A stretch of 64,000 bases of DNA, from positions 10,565 to 74,564 of the forward strand of contig CAVPFH010000011.1 of assembly GCA_963703675.1 (NCBI GenBank), in the 5' to 3' direction. This stretch comes from an uncultured Acidobacteriota bacterium. Its GTDB lineage: Bacteria > Acidobacteriota > Terriglobia > Acidiferrales > UBA7541. Made by a program: the position numbers and the translations under genes. Every line of letters begins with the position of its first letter. The first letter of the stretch is position 1. The notes beneath the pieces were generated by a model. The model saw only the letters and a program-made list of their open reading frames with translations, did no database searches and was not told the DNA's origin. Positions 53,601 to 62,324 of this stretch are shown here, in pieces.

Positions 53601-54552
53601 GACCTGTACCGGTCTGCCATTGCCATACAATGCCGGACCGGGCGGCAACTGCATCCCCGGCGGAACCGTACTCAGCACGGTCGCACCCAACGGCCTTACA
53701 TTCGTCGGCACTCGGCCCTATTCATCGCCGAATTGCCAGCCGTTCACCGGTATCGGCTGTCCCGCGGATGGAGTTCCGGTGTTCAGCAACATTTTTGCCG
53801 AGGACACCATCGCCAATTCCAGTTACAACGCCTTGCAGGTATCGGTAGAAAAAAACTACACCCACGGCCTTCTGTTCCAGGCGTCATACACCTTCAGCAA
53901 GGCAATCGATCAGGGCGCTTCGTTCGAACAGCAACTGAATCCGTTGAACTTCAACGCCACGCGCGGATTGTCGCTCCTCAGCGCAAAGCATCGCTTCGTT
54001 TTCAGTCCAGTCTGGGAGCTTCCGATTCCCAAGCGCGAGGGTTTCGCTGGCAAAGTGGAAAACGGATGGCAAGTATCGGCGATCATCACTTATCAAAGCG
54101 GATTTCCCATTCGAATCGAAGACCAGAACGACGGCGAATTGGAAAGCAGCTTCTTTTTTGAGGACGCCAACACGCCTACGCAGACTGCTCCGGTTCAATT
54201 CCTGAAACCGCAGAAGAACGCCGGTCTGTGGTTCAATCCGAATAATTTCACGGATCCCACGCAGGCCGTAAATCCATCGCCCGCCGGCGTGTTCGGCAAC
54301 ACTCCTCATTCGCTTTGCTGCGGACCGGCGATTAGCAACACCGATTTCGTCGCCACAAAAAAGACGCCGATAAATGATCGGTGGAACACGGAGTTCCGAG
54401 CTGAGTTTTATAATCTATTCAATCACACCCAATTCTCAAATCCTGATGGGAATTTCACTGACGGAATTCCCCCCAATGGAACTTTTGGTCAGATATTAAA
54501 GGCTCGTGAGGGACCTCGTGTCCTGCAGTTTGGCTTGAAGATTTTGTTCTGA
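50644..54552 (+). CDS. TonB-dependent outer-membrane receptor, Oar-type (CarboxypepD_reg domain + plug + large barrel)
   Basis: 1302 aa. Signal peptide (...GCTSAWAQ), CarboxypepD_reg (GEIRGTVNDPSGATVPGATITAV...DGSFVIPELAVGSYDVTAEAQGFKK), plug (NTRNAYSLLQLQPGV...VNGGRGRSNNYMVNGGDGND), and a C-terminal strand ending in F (VLQFGLKILF). Confidence 0.85.
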   Translation: MRATGWLWAYLSVFLGLFGCTSAWAQTNGEIRGTVNDPSGATVPGATITAVLKGTDTPRTVTADKDGSFVIPELAVGSYDVTAEAQGFKKFVTKDVVVSIGHVNFITVTLQIGGAADTVTVEANAAQVETTSTQLGAVMTDTAIVELPMNTRNAYSLLQLQPGVQSQLGNDLFYGSNNEGAVSVNGGRGRSNNYMVNGGDGNDIFVNAPAIQPSPDSIEEFRVLTNTFDAEYGRNSGSVVNVVTKSGTNSLHGDVYEFLRNQALNTRGYFDPFLLDYKQNQFGATGGGPIKKDKTFIFGSYEGNRLVQGFSSGTVVLPTASEVAGNFGGSFLGNINDQNFAQALENRSGCSGALSAGGAAALAAAAAGNTPQPYSTIFPNGTIPTQCFDPTALGVYQQYVSPFQANANPATGSLTSSGNQHDRADQFTVRFDHLITNSQKFTAYYYFDDDHRTDPFSNFQASGATLPGFGAIFKTRDQQWNLSHTWTIGSTAVNEFRFNYFRESQGNLNHPVNTLGSVQQSCVDIPATNCFTDPANPTAGITTDLPGRVGLPFINVSGGFVIGNNFEGELPQTGNTFQWTDNYTKTFGKHTVKFGGDVRRQRFDQFLYFEVSGNYSFTNQSNVDQILGNDAYPNYFLGAANSYQQGSAQGENVRNSALYLFAQDSYKLTNTVTLNYGLRWELNTPYYDLGNRLQTFRPGQATTQYPCWLSTTNATALGLAPGDCGENSGANNAVFPLGLAFPGDKGVPRGLTSTYYKSFAPRIGIAWSPGATEGLLAKITGGPGKTSIRAGYGIFYNPIEQLVLEQFSAEPPFGGSTFLSNTLFNTPFAFQAGGNAPNPFTGVINQTPQTPCAVVPAGGPSGCVDWSTFRPILLFGEFQPHLKSQYSDQYNLTIERQLTKDMLFRISYVGTQAHHLLASRDIDPGNSQTCLEIAQIAANDPTGQVTGCGPVGADSPYFVPATYSNGSPVVVPTFAPLQQPFKAPAPTCTGLPLPYNAGPGGNCIPGGTVLSTVAPNGLTFVGTRPYSSPNCQPFTGIGCPADGVPVFSNIFAEDTIANSSYNALQVSVEKNYTHGLLFQASYTFSKAIDQGASFEQQLNPLNFNATRGLSLLSAKHRFVFSPVWELPIPKREGFAGKVENGWQVSAIITYQSGFPIRIEDQNDGELESSFFFEDANTPTQTAPVQFLKPQKNAGLWFNPNNFTDPTQAVNPSPAGVFGNTPHSLCCGPAISNTDFVATKKTPINDRWNTEFRAEFYNLFNHTQFSNPDGNFTDGIPPNGTFGQILKAREGPRVLQFGLKILF

Positions 54553-54571
54553 GATTCACCGGATCAAAATA

Positions 54572-54608
54572 AAAGCGAGGAAGCCTTGAACTCGAGGCCC
54601 CTCGCTTT
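54572..54608 (+). terminator. Possible terminator hairpin after the TonB receptor gene
   Basis: AAAGCGAGG / CCTCGCTTT is a 9-bp stem, but the loop is 19 nt and there is no long T run. Confidence 0.3.
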
Positions 54609-54727
54609 GTTGCGTACAAACAATTTAAGGATCAGCTTGAAGCAGCCATAAGGCACGTGCAACAAGCGCTTCTGACGTTGCGCATCAACATAAGTCGCAA
54701 TCAGTGTAAAGGTCGGTTGGGAGTGTC

Positions 54728-55885
54728 ATGAAGATTACGGTCCTGGGTGCAGGATTGATGGGACGCGCGGTCGTTTACGACCTGAGCGGTGCGCGCGAAG
54801 TAAAAAATATCGTCGTCGCGGATTTCGACCGCGGTCGCGCTCAAAGCGTGGCGCGAAAATTCGGACGCGGCATCACCCGCGGCGCCTTCGCCGACGTCCG
54901 CGACACGCAGCACCTAGCAAAGCTCCTCCATGGCAGCGACATCGTGGTGAATTGCACGCAATACAATTGGAACCTGGACGTAATGCACGCAGCCGTCGCA
55001 GCCCGCATCCATTACCTGGATCTCGGTGGCCTCTATCACATGACGCGCAAGCAGTTCGCGCTCCACCGCGATTTCCGTCGCATCGGCAAGCTGGCCATCC
55101 CCGGCATGGGAGGCGCGCCGGGAATCACCAACGTAATGGCTCGTGCCCTAGCCGATCCGCTCGATCGCGTCGAATCCATCAAGGTGTACAACGCAGGCGC
55201 AGACGAGCAACGCTACGATAGTCCCATCGCCTATTCGTTCTCGATCGCGACAATTCTCGATGAGCTGACCATGCTGCCGATTCATTTCGTAAACGGCCGC
55301 TACGTCGAGAAAGAAATGTTATCCGAGCCGGAAGAAGGGACGTTCCCAGAACCTATCGGCAGGATCACGCTGCGTCATTCGATTCATTCCGAGCTCGGCA
55401 CGCTGGCCGAAAGCTTCTGCAAAAAAGGCGTTCGCGAGGTATTCTTTAAGATCAATTACGACCCCAATCTGGTAAATCTGGTGAGAAGCCTGACAGAGGC
55501 GGGATTCACGCACCCAGATCCGATCGCGGTGAACGGCACAAGGGTAGCTCCCCGCGCGGTATTGCTGGCGTTAATGCAAAAAAAAGCCCCCAGCAAACCA
55601 GCGCTCGACGTAGAAGCCCTGCGTGTCGTAGTAACCGGTCACAACGGCAAAAGCCGCGAGTCATCAGCGATGGAAATGTGGGCCGATCACACAACGCGTC
55701 CCCAATTGTCGGCCGTCGCGCGCGACACAGGATTCCCGGCAGCAATCGCGGCAGTAATGCACGGACGCGGAGAAATCCCGGGCAGCGGAGTGCAAGCCCC
55801 GGAAAACGTCGTGCCGCCAAAACTATTTTTCGACGAACTAAAGAAACGCGGCTTCACATTTCGCCGCTGGAATCCGAAGTCTTAG
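54728..55885 (+). CDS. Saccharopine-dehydrogenase-family NAD(P)-binding oxidoreductase
   Basis: 385 aa. Rossmann start (KITVLGAGLMGRAVVYDL), then GMGGAPGITN and a Sacchrp_dh C-terminal-like region. Confidence 0.65.
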   Translation: MKITVLGAGLMGRAVVYDLSGAREVKNIVVADFDRGRAQSVARKFGRGITRGAFADVRDTQHLAKLLHGSDIVVNCTQYNWNLDVMHAAVAARIHYLDLGGLYHMTRKQFALHRDFRRIGKLAIPGMGGAPGITNVMARALADPLDRVESIKVYNAGADEQRYDSPIAYSFSIATILDELTMLPIHFVNGRYVEKEMLSEPEEGTFPEPIGRITLRHSIHSELGTLAESFCKKGVREVFFKINYDPNLVNLVRSLTEAGFTHPDPIAVNGTRVAPRAVLLALMQKKAPSKPALDVEALRVVVTGHNGKSRESSAMEMWADHTTRPQLSAVARDTGFPAAIAAVMHGRGEIPGSGVQAPENVVPPKLFFDELKKRGFTFRRWNPKS

Positions 55886-55950
55886 GTGTTTGGCAGCGAA
55901 TCAAGTCTCAGGGCCGTGTGTCGGCCACGTACCAGCATTCGGAGGTTGTT

Positions 55951-57327
55951 ATGCACCAAGGACTAGAACAGGAAATCGCAACATACGAAAGGCGCACACC
56001 GCGCTCGAAAGGCGCCCACAAGCGCGCCGAACAAAGATTGCCGTTAGGCGTAGCAAGCAATTATCGCGCCTACGACCCATATCCTCTCTTCGTTCGTGAT
56101 GGCAAAGACGGCCACATCCATGATATCGACGGCAACGAGTACATCGACTTCAACCTGTGCTTCGGCGCATTAATGGCAGGGCACTGTCATCCGGCGGTGA
56201 TCAAAGCGGTGCAAGCAAAACTAGGAACCGGCACGATGTTCGGCATGCCCCACGACCTCGAATGGGAACTAGCCGAAGAAATCTGCAAACGCTTTCCGGT
56301 AGAAATGGTTCGCTTCAGCAACAGCGGCACAGAATGCACGATGCACGCCGTCCGCCTGGCTCGCGCAGCCACGGGCCGCGACAAAATCATCAAAATGGAA
56401 GGCGGCTATCACGGCTTGCACGATTCAGTCTTGGTTTCGCTAAAACCAAAAGCCGGCGAAATCGGCGATCCAAACATGCCGACGCCGGTCCCCGGCGGCC
56501 GGGGCATCCCGAAAGGCACGCTGCAAAACACGCTCATCGCGCAATTCAACGACGTCGCCGCAGTCGAGCGCCTCTTCGCGAGATATCCCGGCGAGATCGC
56601 CGCAATAATCGTCGAACCAATCATGATGAACGTAGGCATCTTGCCCCCAGACGAGGGCTACCTCAAAGCACTTCGAGAAATCACAAAGAAAAACGGCGCG
56701 CTCCTGATTTTCGACGAAGTAAAAACCGGCGCAAAACTAGCCTACGGCGGCGCCTGCGAATATTTCGACATTAAGCCGGACATCGTCTGCCTCGCAAAGT
56801 CCATCGGCGGCGGATTTTCATTAGCGGCCTTCGCATCCAGCAGGGAAGTGATGGGCCAAATCTCCGACCATAAGGTTTTCCACGGCGGCACCTACAACAC
56901 GAATCCAGTAGCAATGGCGGCGGGCATCGCCACATTCCGCGAGGTTCTCACTAAAGATGCCTATCAGCACGTAACGCGCCTGAACAAGAAATTGCTCGAC
57001 GGCTACAAAAATGAACTCAACAAAACAGGCCTGAACGCCTACGTGGTAGGAGCAGGCTCAAATGGTGCGCTGATGTTTTTCGACAGGCCGATCAAAAATT
57101 ACCGCGACTGGCTCGACGTCGACAGCGAGCTGTGGCGCCACTACTGGTTCGCAATGGTGAATCGCGGAGTAATGGCCCAACCATACTGGTGGGACGAGCA
57201 GTGGACCATTTCAGTAGCTCACACAGACGCGGACATCGACCGCCACATCGCCACATTCGCGGAAATCGCCCCAGCACTGGCGAAAGCGCAAAAAGAACCG
57301 CACGTAGCAGTAAGCGCCGGCCACTAA
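55951..57327 (+). CDS. Class III (GSA-aminomutase-like) PLP aminotransferase
   Basis: GGAGG RBS, then ATG 55951. YIDFNLCFGALMAGHCHP, FDEVKTGAKLAYGG and the PLP-Lys block CLAKSIGGGFSLAAF. The ORF-track start at 55678 overlaps the previous gene. Confidence 0.8.
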   Translation: MHQGLEQEIATYERRTPRSKGAHKRAEQRLPLGVASNYRAYDPYPLFVRDGKDGHIHDIDGNEYIDFNLCFGALMAGHCHPAVIKAVQAKLGTGTMFGMPHDLEWELAEEICKRFPVEMVRFSNSGTECTMHAVRLARAATGRDKIIKMEGGYHGLHDSVLVSLKPKAGEIGDPNMPTPVPGGRGIPKGTLQNTLIAQFNDVAAVERLFARYPGEIAAIIVEPIMMNVGILPPDEGYLKALREITKKNGALLIFDEVKTGAKLAYGGACEYFDIKPDIVCLAKSIGGGFSLAAFASSREVMGQISDHKVFHGGTYNTNPVAMAAGIATFREVLTKDAYQHVTRLNKKLLDGYKNELNKTGLNAYVVGAGSNGALMFFDRPIKNYRDWLDVDSELWRHYWFAMVNRGVMAQPYWWDEQWTISVAHTDADIDRHIATFAEIAPALAKAQKEPHVAVSAGH

Positions 57328-57445
57328 TAGCATGCGTGGCAGTTGTTGCCGTCATCTGTTCCCGGTGTGTCATTGCAGGGCTAAGCAGAGCGGCGCAGAT
57401 GACCGTGCACCGCGGACCTGGTTACAAGTGAGGCAATCAGGTGCG

Positions 57446-57472
57446 AGGTCCTTCGCTGCGCTCAGGACGACG
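57446..57472 (-). repeat. REP-like hairpin element, type 1 (reverse complement GTCGTCCTGAGCGCAGCGAAGGACCTC)
   Basis: 25 of 27 positions match 35212-35238. Intergenic. Confidence 0.65.
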
Positions 57473-57476
57473 ACAC

Positions 57477-57509
57477 AATAGGAGTTCCTTTGGCGGACTT
57501 CGCCAGGCC
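57477..57509 (+). repeat. Upstream copy of the APC-permease translation-initiation region (AATAGGAGTTCCTTTGGCGGACTTCGCCAGGCC)
   Basis: Imperfect direct repeat of 57727-57759, sharing AGGAGTTCCTTTG exactly. It carries its own AGGAG and TTG (57490), opening a 25-codon ORF that ends at TGA 57565-57567. Confidence 0.6.
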
Positions 57510-57726
57510 GGAAAGGGTCGCACCTAGCGCAAGGGTCGCCTTTAGGGGGTCGGAGCTTCCGCTCTGACAATAGCTGTTTGGCGATGATCGGGCTTCAGCC
57601 CCTGAGGCATGGATTGGGCATCCGTCAGGGCACGGCTTCAGCGTGCCGCAAACGGAGCAAGATCAAAGCGGCTTTAGCCGCTGAGGCCATGAATTAATCA
57701 GTTGTCACAGACGCACTCCTTTCCGC

Positions 57727-57759
57727 AATGAGGAGTTCCTTTGCCGGAGATCGCCGACC
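57727..57759 (+). repeat. Downstream copy (AATGAGGAGTTCCTTTGCCGGAGATCGCCGACC) containing the RBS and TTG start of the APC permease
   Basis: See the upstream copy. TTG 57741 is the annotated start. Confidence 0.6.
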
Positions 57760-59165
57760 AGACCAGCGAAACAATCCACCTGAAACGTTCGCTAGGACGG
57801 TGGGACTTAGTCGCGTTATTCGTCGTCGCGGTTTTCAATCTCAACGTAGTCCCCAGCATCGCCGCAAACGGCGGCGTAACAGTGTGGCTATGGCTAATTT
57901 CCTTGGTCCTGTTCTTCTGGCCGCAAGGAATTGCAGTGATCGAACTAGCTCACCATTATCCAGGCGAAGGCGGAGTTTATCTGTGGGCCAAAGAAGTCTT
58001 CGGCGACTTCCATGGTTTCCTCTCAGGATGGTGCTACTGGACCAACAACATGATGTACGTCCCGACGGTCATGTTGTATTTCGTCGGCGTATCGGTCTTC
58101 GCGCTAGGTCCAGGACATCAAGCGCTAGCGGACAACAGAGCCTTTACGGTAATAGCCTCGCTGGGATTAATGGCGCTTCTGGTAATTCTGAATATCGTGG
58201 GCCTGGGTGTAGGAAAGTGGATCAACAACGTAGGAGGCATCGGAACAGGAATCGCAGCAGCGGTTTTGATCGGGCTAGGCTTGATCGTATATTTCCGCTT
58301 CGGAACGACGGTCACGTCAGCCGATTTTCGAATCCCCGCAAATCCGCGCTTTCTCCTGAATTCCTTCGGCGTAATCTGTTTCGGCTTAGTAGGCCTGGAA
58401 CTTGCCTCGGTAATGGGCGACGAAATCAAAGATCCGCGCAAGACGTTACCCGGCGCGGTAGCCTGGGGTGGAGTACTTTCAGGGGTCATGTATATCGCCA
58501 CAACCCTCACGCTGCTGATAGCAGTCAGCAAGAACGAAATCAACGTGCTCCAAGGAATCGTTCAAGCCGTAAGTCATATGGCCTCCCGTGTTAATGCCTC
58601 GTGGATCGTCGCGCCCTTCGCGCTTATGCTCAGCATCTCGATCGCAGGAATAGGCTCAGCATGGCTGGCAGGTTCGGCGCGCATCCCGTTCGTAGCCGGC
58701 CTGGATTCGTACATGCCCAGCTGGCTGGGCAAAACTCATCCGCGTTATTTCACGCCGTACGCAGCACTAATCGTTCAAGGCGTCGTTTCCGGAATACTTG
58801 TGCTCCTGAATTCCTTCGGATCAGGCGTGCAGGAAACATTTCAACGCCTGCTATCCCTGGCGGTAGTGTTGCAATTAATCCCGTTCCTGTACATGTTCGC
58901 GGCATTGCTGAAAATCGCAGTCAATTCCGAAAGCGGAGAAGGCTTTTACAGCAAGACCACGCTGTTACTGGCAGGTACCAGCGGCCTGGTCACCACAACG
59001 CTGGGAATCGTCCTGGCATTTTTCCCCGCGCAGCAAATCAGTTCGTTGCTGTCCTACGAGACATGGATGTTCGGCGGAACAGCGCTCTTCATCGGTCTAG
59101 CGGTATTCTTTTTCTACGTATACGGCCGGCGCAAAGTGCCACAGGCCGCCGCGAACCGCATCTAA
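57741..59165 (+). CDS. APC-superfamily amino acid/polyamine permease (Glu/GABA-antiporter-like)
   Basis: 474 aa, about 12 TM helices. The N-terminal pattern LKRSLGRWDLVALFVVAVFNLN...ELAHHYPGEGGVYLWAKEVFG is typical of APC permeases. Confidence 0.8.
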   Translation: MPEIADQTSETIHLKRSLGRWDLVALFVVAVFNLNVVPSIAANGGVTVWLWLISLVLFFWPQGIAVIELAHHYPGEGGVYLWAKEVFGDFHGFLSGWCYWTNNMMYVPTVMLYFVGVSVFALGPGHQALADNRAFTVIASLGLMALLVILNIVGLGVGKWINNVGGIGTGIAAAVLIGLGLIVYFRFGTTVTSADFRIPANPRFLLNSFGVICFGLVGLELASVMGDEIKDPRKTLPGAVAWGGVLSGVMYIATTLTLLIAVSKNEINVLQGIVQAVSHMASRVNASWIVAPFALMLSISIAGIGSAWLAGSARIPFVAGLDSYMPSWLGKTHPRYFTPYAALIVQGVVSGILVLLNSFGSGVQETFQRLLSLAVVLQLIPFLYMFAALLKIAVNSESGEGFYSKTTLLLAGTSGLVTTTLGIVLAFFPAQQISSLLSYETWMFGGTALFIGLAVFFFYVYGRRKVPQAAANRI

Positions 59166-59186
59166 TCATTCATTGCAGGAGGTACC

Positions 59187-60728
59187 GTGGCAAGCAAAGC
59201 AAAAGCAATCCAGAGCAAGCCGGCAAAGTCCAAGACAGTACCATCAAAGGCAGCGACGCCTAGGACAGCCGTCCAGAAATACAAGATGTACATCAACGGT
59301 GAATTCGTGGAAAGCCATCGCGGCGCCACATTCCCAGTCTACGATCCATCCACTGAAGAAATCATCGCCGAGGTCCCTGAAGCAGACGAAAAGGACGTCG
59401 ACCGCGCCGTAGCCGCAGCAAAAGCCGCCTTCGATTCAGGCCCATGGTCGCAAACCACAGCCCAGGAGCGCGGTCGCGTATTGTTTCGCCTGGCCGAACG
59501 CGTGCGCAAAGAAGCGCCGCATCTAGCGGAACTCGAAACGCGCAATTCCGGCAAGCCCATTGTCGAAGCCGAATATGACATCGCCGATGTAGCGACCTGT
59601 TTTGAGTATTACGGCGGCATGGCAACAAAAGTCTTGGGCCACGTAAATCCCGTGCCGGATAACGCACTCAGCCTGTCGTTGCGCGAGCCGATTGGCGTAT
59701 GCGCGCAAATTATTCCTTGGAACTATCCATTGCTGATGGCCGCCTGGAAGCTAGCTCCGGCGATCGCCGCAGGTTGCACCTGTATTTTAAAACCCGCGGA
59801 ACAAACGCCGCTCACTGCGCTGGAATTTGCGGGCTATCTTTTTGACGCCGGCCTGCCTCCAGGCGTGGTCAATATCATCACAGGCTTCGGCGAGGGTGCG
59901 GGAGCGCCGCTGGTAAAGCATCCGGACGTGAACAAAGTTGCCTTCACCGGCAGCGGCGCGGTGGGAAAAGCGATCGTGAAGCTGGCCGCGGATTCACTGA
60001 AACGTGTCACCCTGGAACTTGGCGGAAAGTCCCCCAACATATTTTTCGCCGATGCCGATTTCGAATCAGCGATCGATGGCGCCCTGTTTGGTGTTTTCAT
60101 CAATCAAGGAGAAGTCTGCTCGGCCGGCAGCCGCATACTGGTGGAAAACCCGATTTACTCGAAATTCGTGGAGGCCATGAGCGCAAAAGCAAAAACGATC
60201 CGCCTGGGCCCTCCACTCGATCGCCGAACCAAAATGGGCCCGCTGGTGAGCAAAGAACAATTCGACCGGGTCACGGCCTATCAAGCAGTAGGGAAAAAGG
60301 AAGCGAAGATCGCAGCAGGAGGCGGACGCCCAGCTTCGCTCCCCCACGGATATTACGTGGAACCCACAATTTTCTATGACGTCGACAATTCCGCCCGCAT
60401 AGCGCGCGAAGAAATTTTCGGCCCGGTAGCGACAGTCATTCCGTTTACCAATGAAGCCGACGCGATTCGCATCGCCAACGATACTCCCTACGGCCTGGCA
60501 GCAGCGGTATGGTCGCGGGACATCTTCAAAGCCTTCCGAGTGGTAAAAGCCTTACGCGCCGGAATTGTGTGGGTGAATCACATGCAGCCGACGTACGTCG
60601 AAGCCCCGTGGGGCGGCTACAAACAATCAGGTTTCGGCCGTGAACTAGGCCCTTGGGGAATCGAGGAGTACCTCGAAACCAAGCAAGTGCACATCAATCT
60701 CAACGAAGCGCCGATCGGATGGTACTAA
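59187..60728 (+). CDS. NAD(P)-dependent aldehyde dehydrogenase (aminobutyraldehyde/betaine-aldehyde DH-like)
   Basis: AGGAGG RBS, then GTG 59187. ALDH motifs VTLELGGKSP and the catalytic Cys block FINQGEVCSAGSR. Confidence 0.85.
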   Translation: MASKAKAIQSKPAKSKTVPSKAATPRTAVQKYKMYINGEFVESHRGATFPVYDPSTEEIIAEVPEADEKDVDRAVAAAKAAFDSGPWSQTTAQERGRVLFRLAERVRKEAPHLAELETRNSGKPIVEAEYDIADVATCFEYYGGMATKVLGHVNPVPDNALSLSLREPIGVCAQIIPWNYPLLMAAWKLAPAIAAGCTCILKPAEQTPLTALEFAGYLFDAGLPPGVVNIITGFGEGAGAPLVKHPDVNKVAFTGSGAVGKAIVKLAADSLKRVTLELGGKSPNIFFADADFESAIDGALFGVFINQGEVCSAGSRILVENPIYSKFVEAMSAKAKTIRLGPPLDRRTKMGPLVSKEQFDRVTAYQAVGKKEAKIAAGGGRPASLPHGYYVEPTIFYDVDNSARIAREEIFGPVATVIPFTNEADAIRIANDTPYGLAAAVWSRDIFKAFRVVKALRAGIVWVNHMQPTYVEAPWGGYKQSGFGRELGPWGIEEYLETKQVHINLNEAPIGWY

Positions 60729-60729
60729 A

Positions 60730-62097
60730 ATGGCCACCATTCAACTCCGCACTCCAATCCCAGGCCCAAAATCGCAAGAGCTAATGCGCCGTCGTCAGGC
60801 CGCGGTAGCGCGCGGCGTTTTCCACGCCACCCCAATTTTCGCAGCACGAGCTGAAGGCGTCACGCTGGAAGACGTCGACGGCAACCGCTACCTGGATTTT
60901 GCAGGTGGCATCGGCGTTCTCAATGTAGGTCACCGCGCGCCGCGCGTAGTAGCAGCAATCCGCGAACAACTGGACGCCTTCATTCACACCTGCTTCAGCG
61001 TCGCGCCCTACGAAAAATACATCGCGCTGGCAGAAAAGCTAAACAGCCTCACTCCAGGCAATTTCGCGAAGAAAACAATTCTGGTCAATAGCGGTGCGGA
61101 AGCCATCGAAAACTCAGTGAAAATCGCGAGGGCCTACACGCGCAGGCCGGCAATCATCTGTTTCGAAGACGCCTTCCACGGTCGCACTATGTTAACGATG
61201 TCGCTCACCAGCAAAACGCACCCGTACAAAGCCGGTTTCGAACCTTTCGCCACGGACATTTACCGCATCCCATACGCCTACTGCTATCGTTGCTCATACT
61301 CTCTGCAATATCCATCGTGCAATGTTTTCTGCGCGCATCATCTCGAAGACACATTCAAGCGCATGGTAGCAGCGGAATCCGTAGCGGCAGTAGTAGTCGA
61401 GCCGGTACTGGGAGAAGGCGGCTTCGTAACCCCGCCACCGGAATTCTTCCCAATCCTGCAGGAAACCTGCAAACGCCACGGAATAGTCTTCATAGCCGAC
61501 GAGGTTCAAAGCGGATTCGGCCGCACGGGCGCGATGTTCGCATCAGAGCGCTACGAAATCACGCCAGACATTCTAGTGAGCGCAAAATCACTCGCTGCCG
61601 GAATGCCGCTAGCAGCAGTAACAGGTCGCGCGGAAATCATGGACGCAGCTGGAGTAGGCGGCCTGGGTGGCACGTACGCCGGCAGCCCACTGTCCTGCGC
61701 AGCAGGCCTGGCCTCAATCGAAACGCTAGAGCGTGAAAATCTCCCAGCGCGCGCCGAAAAACTGGGCGCTCGTTTCGACTCCCGCGCCAAAGAATGGAAG
61801 AAACGCTGGCCGCTGATCGGAGACGCACGCGGCCTGGGAGCAATGCGTGCCCTAGAATTGGTTCGTTCCGTGGATAAGCGGGAACCAGCAAAAGAGGAAA
61901 CGGACCAAGTCGCGCGTCACTGCTTGGAACGCGGCCTGATTCTGCTCTCCGCAGGCAGCTACGGCAACGTACTACGCCTACTCGTGCCGCTAGTAATCAC
62001 CGACGCTCAATTCGACGAAGGCCTGGACATCCTGGAATCTTCGCTAGCGATAGTCGCTGAATCATCGCAACTCGAAGCAGCCCCACGCCACGCGTAG
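60730..62097 (+). CDS. gabT: 4-aminobutyrate--2-oxoglutarate transaminase
   Basis: 455 aa. YLDFAGGIGVLNVGH, DEVQSGFGRTG and the PLP-Lys block SAKSLAAGMPL. Starts 1 nt after the ALDH stop. Confidence 0.8.
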   Translation: MATIQLRTPIPGPKSQELMRRRQAAVARGVFHATPIFAARAEGVTLEDVDGNRYLDFAGGIGVLNVGHRAPRVVAAIREQLDAFIHTCFSVAPYEKYIALAEKLNSLTPGNFAKKTILVNSGAEAIENSVKIARAYTRRPAIICFEDAFHGRTMLTMSLTSKTHPYKAGFEPFATDIYRIPYAYCYRCSYSLQYPSCNVFCAHHLEDTFKRMVAAESVAAVVVEPVLGEGGFVTPPPEFFPILQETCKRHGIVFIADEVQSGFGRTGAMFASERYEITPDILVSAKSLAAGMPLAAVTGRAEIMDAAGVGGLGGTYAGSPLSCAAGLASIETLERENLPARAEKLGARFDSRAKEWKKRWPLIGDARGLGAMRALELVRSVDKREPAKEETDQVARHCLERGLILLSAGSYGNVLRLLVPLVITDAQFDEGLDILESSLAIVAESSQLEAAPRHA

Positions 62098-62116
62098 TAC
62101 CCAGCAAAAGAAACAG

Positions 62117-62151
62117 CCGATTTCTCGGGCCCATGGCCCTTCGGAACGACA
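62117..62151 (-). repeat. REP-like hairpin element, type 2 (reverse complement TGTCGTTCCGAAGGGCCATGGGCCCGAGAAATCGG)
   Basis: Matches 5580-5613 at 28 of 34 positions. Inner stem GGGCC/GGCCC. Lies between the convergent gabT and terC-family genes. Confidence 0.6.
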
Positions 62152-62324
62152 GGTCCCTTGAAGGGCAGACCTCTGATCTGCCTCTCTCAAGACAAGACTT
62201 ACATCGAGGATTCGCATGACGGCAACACAACAAGTAATTGCCACTCCGATATCTACGACAATCGATCTTGGCTAGGCACGAGCGCCGTAGGCGCGGCATA
62301 AGCCTCGCATTGCACTAGACGCCG

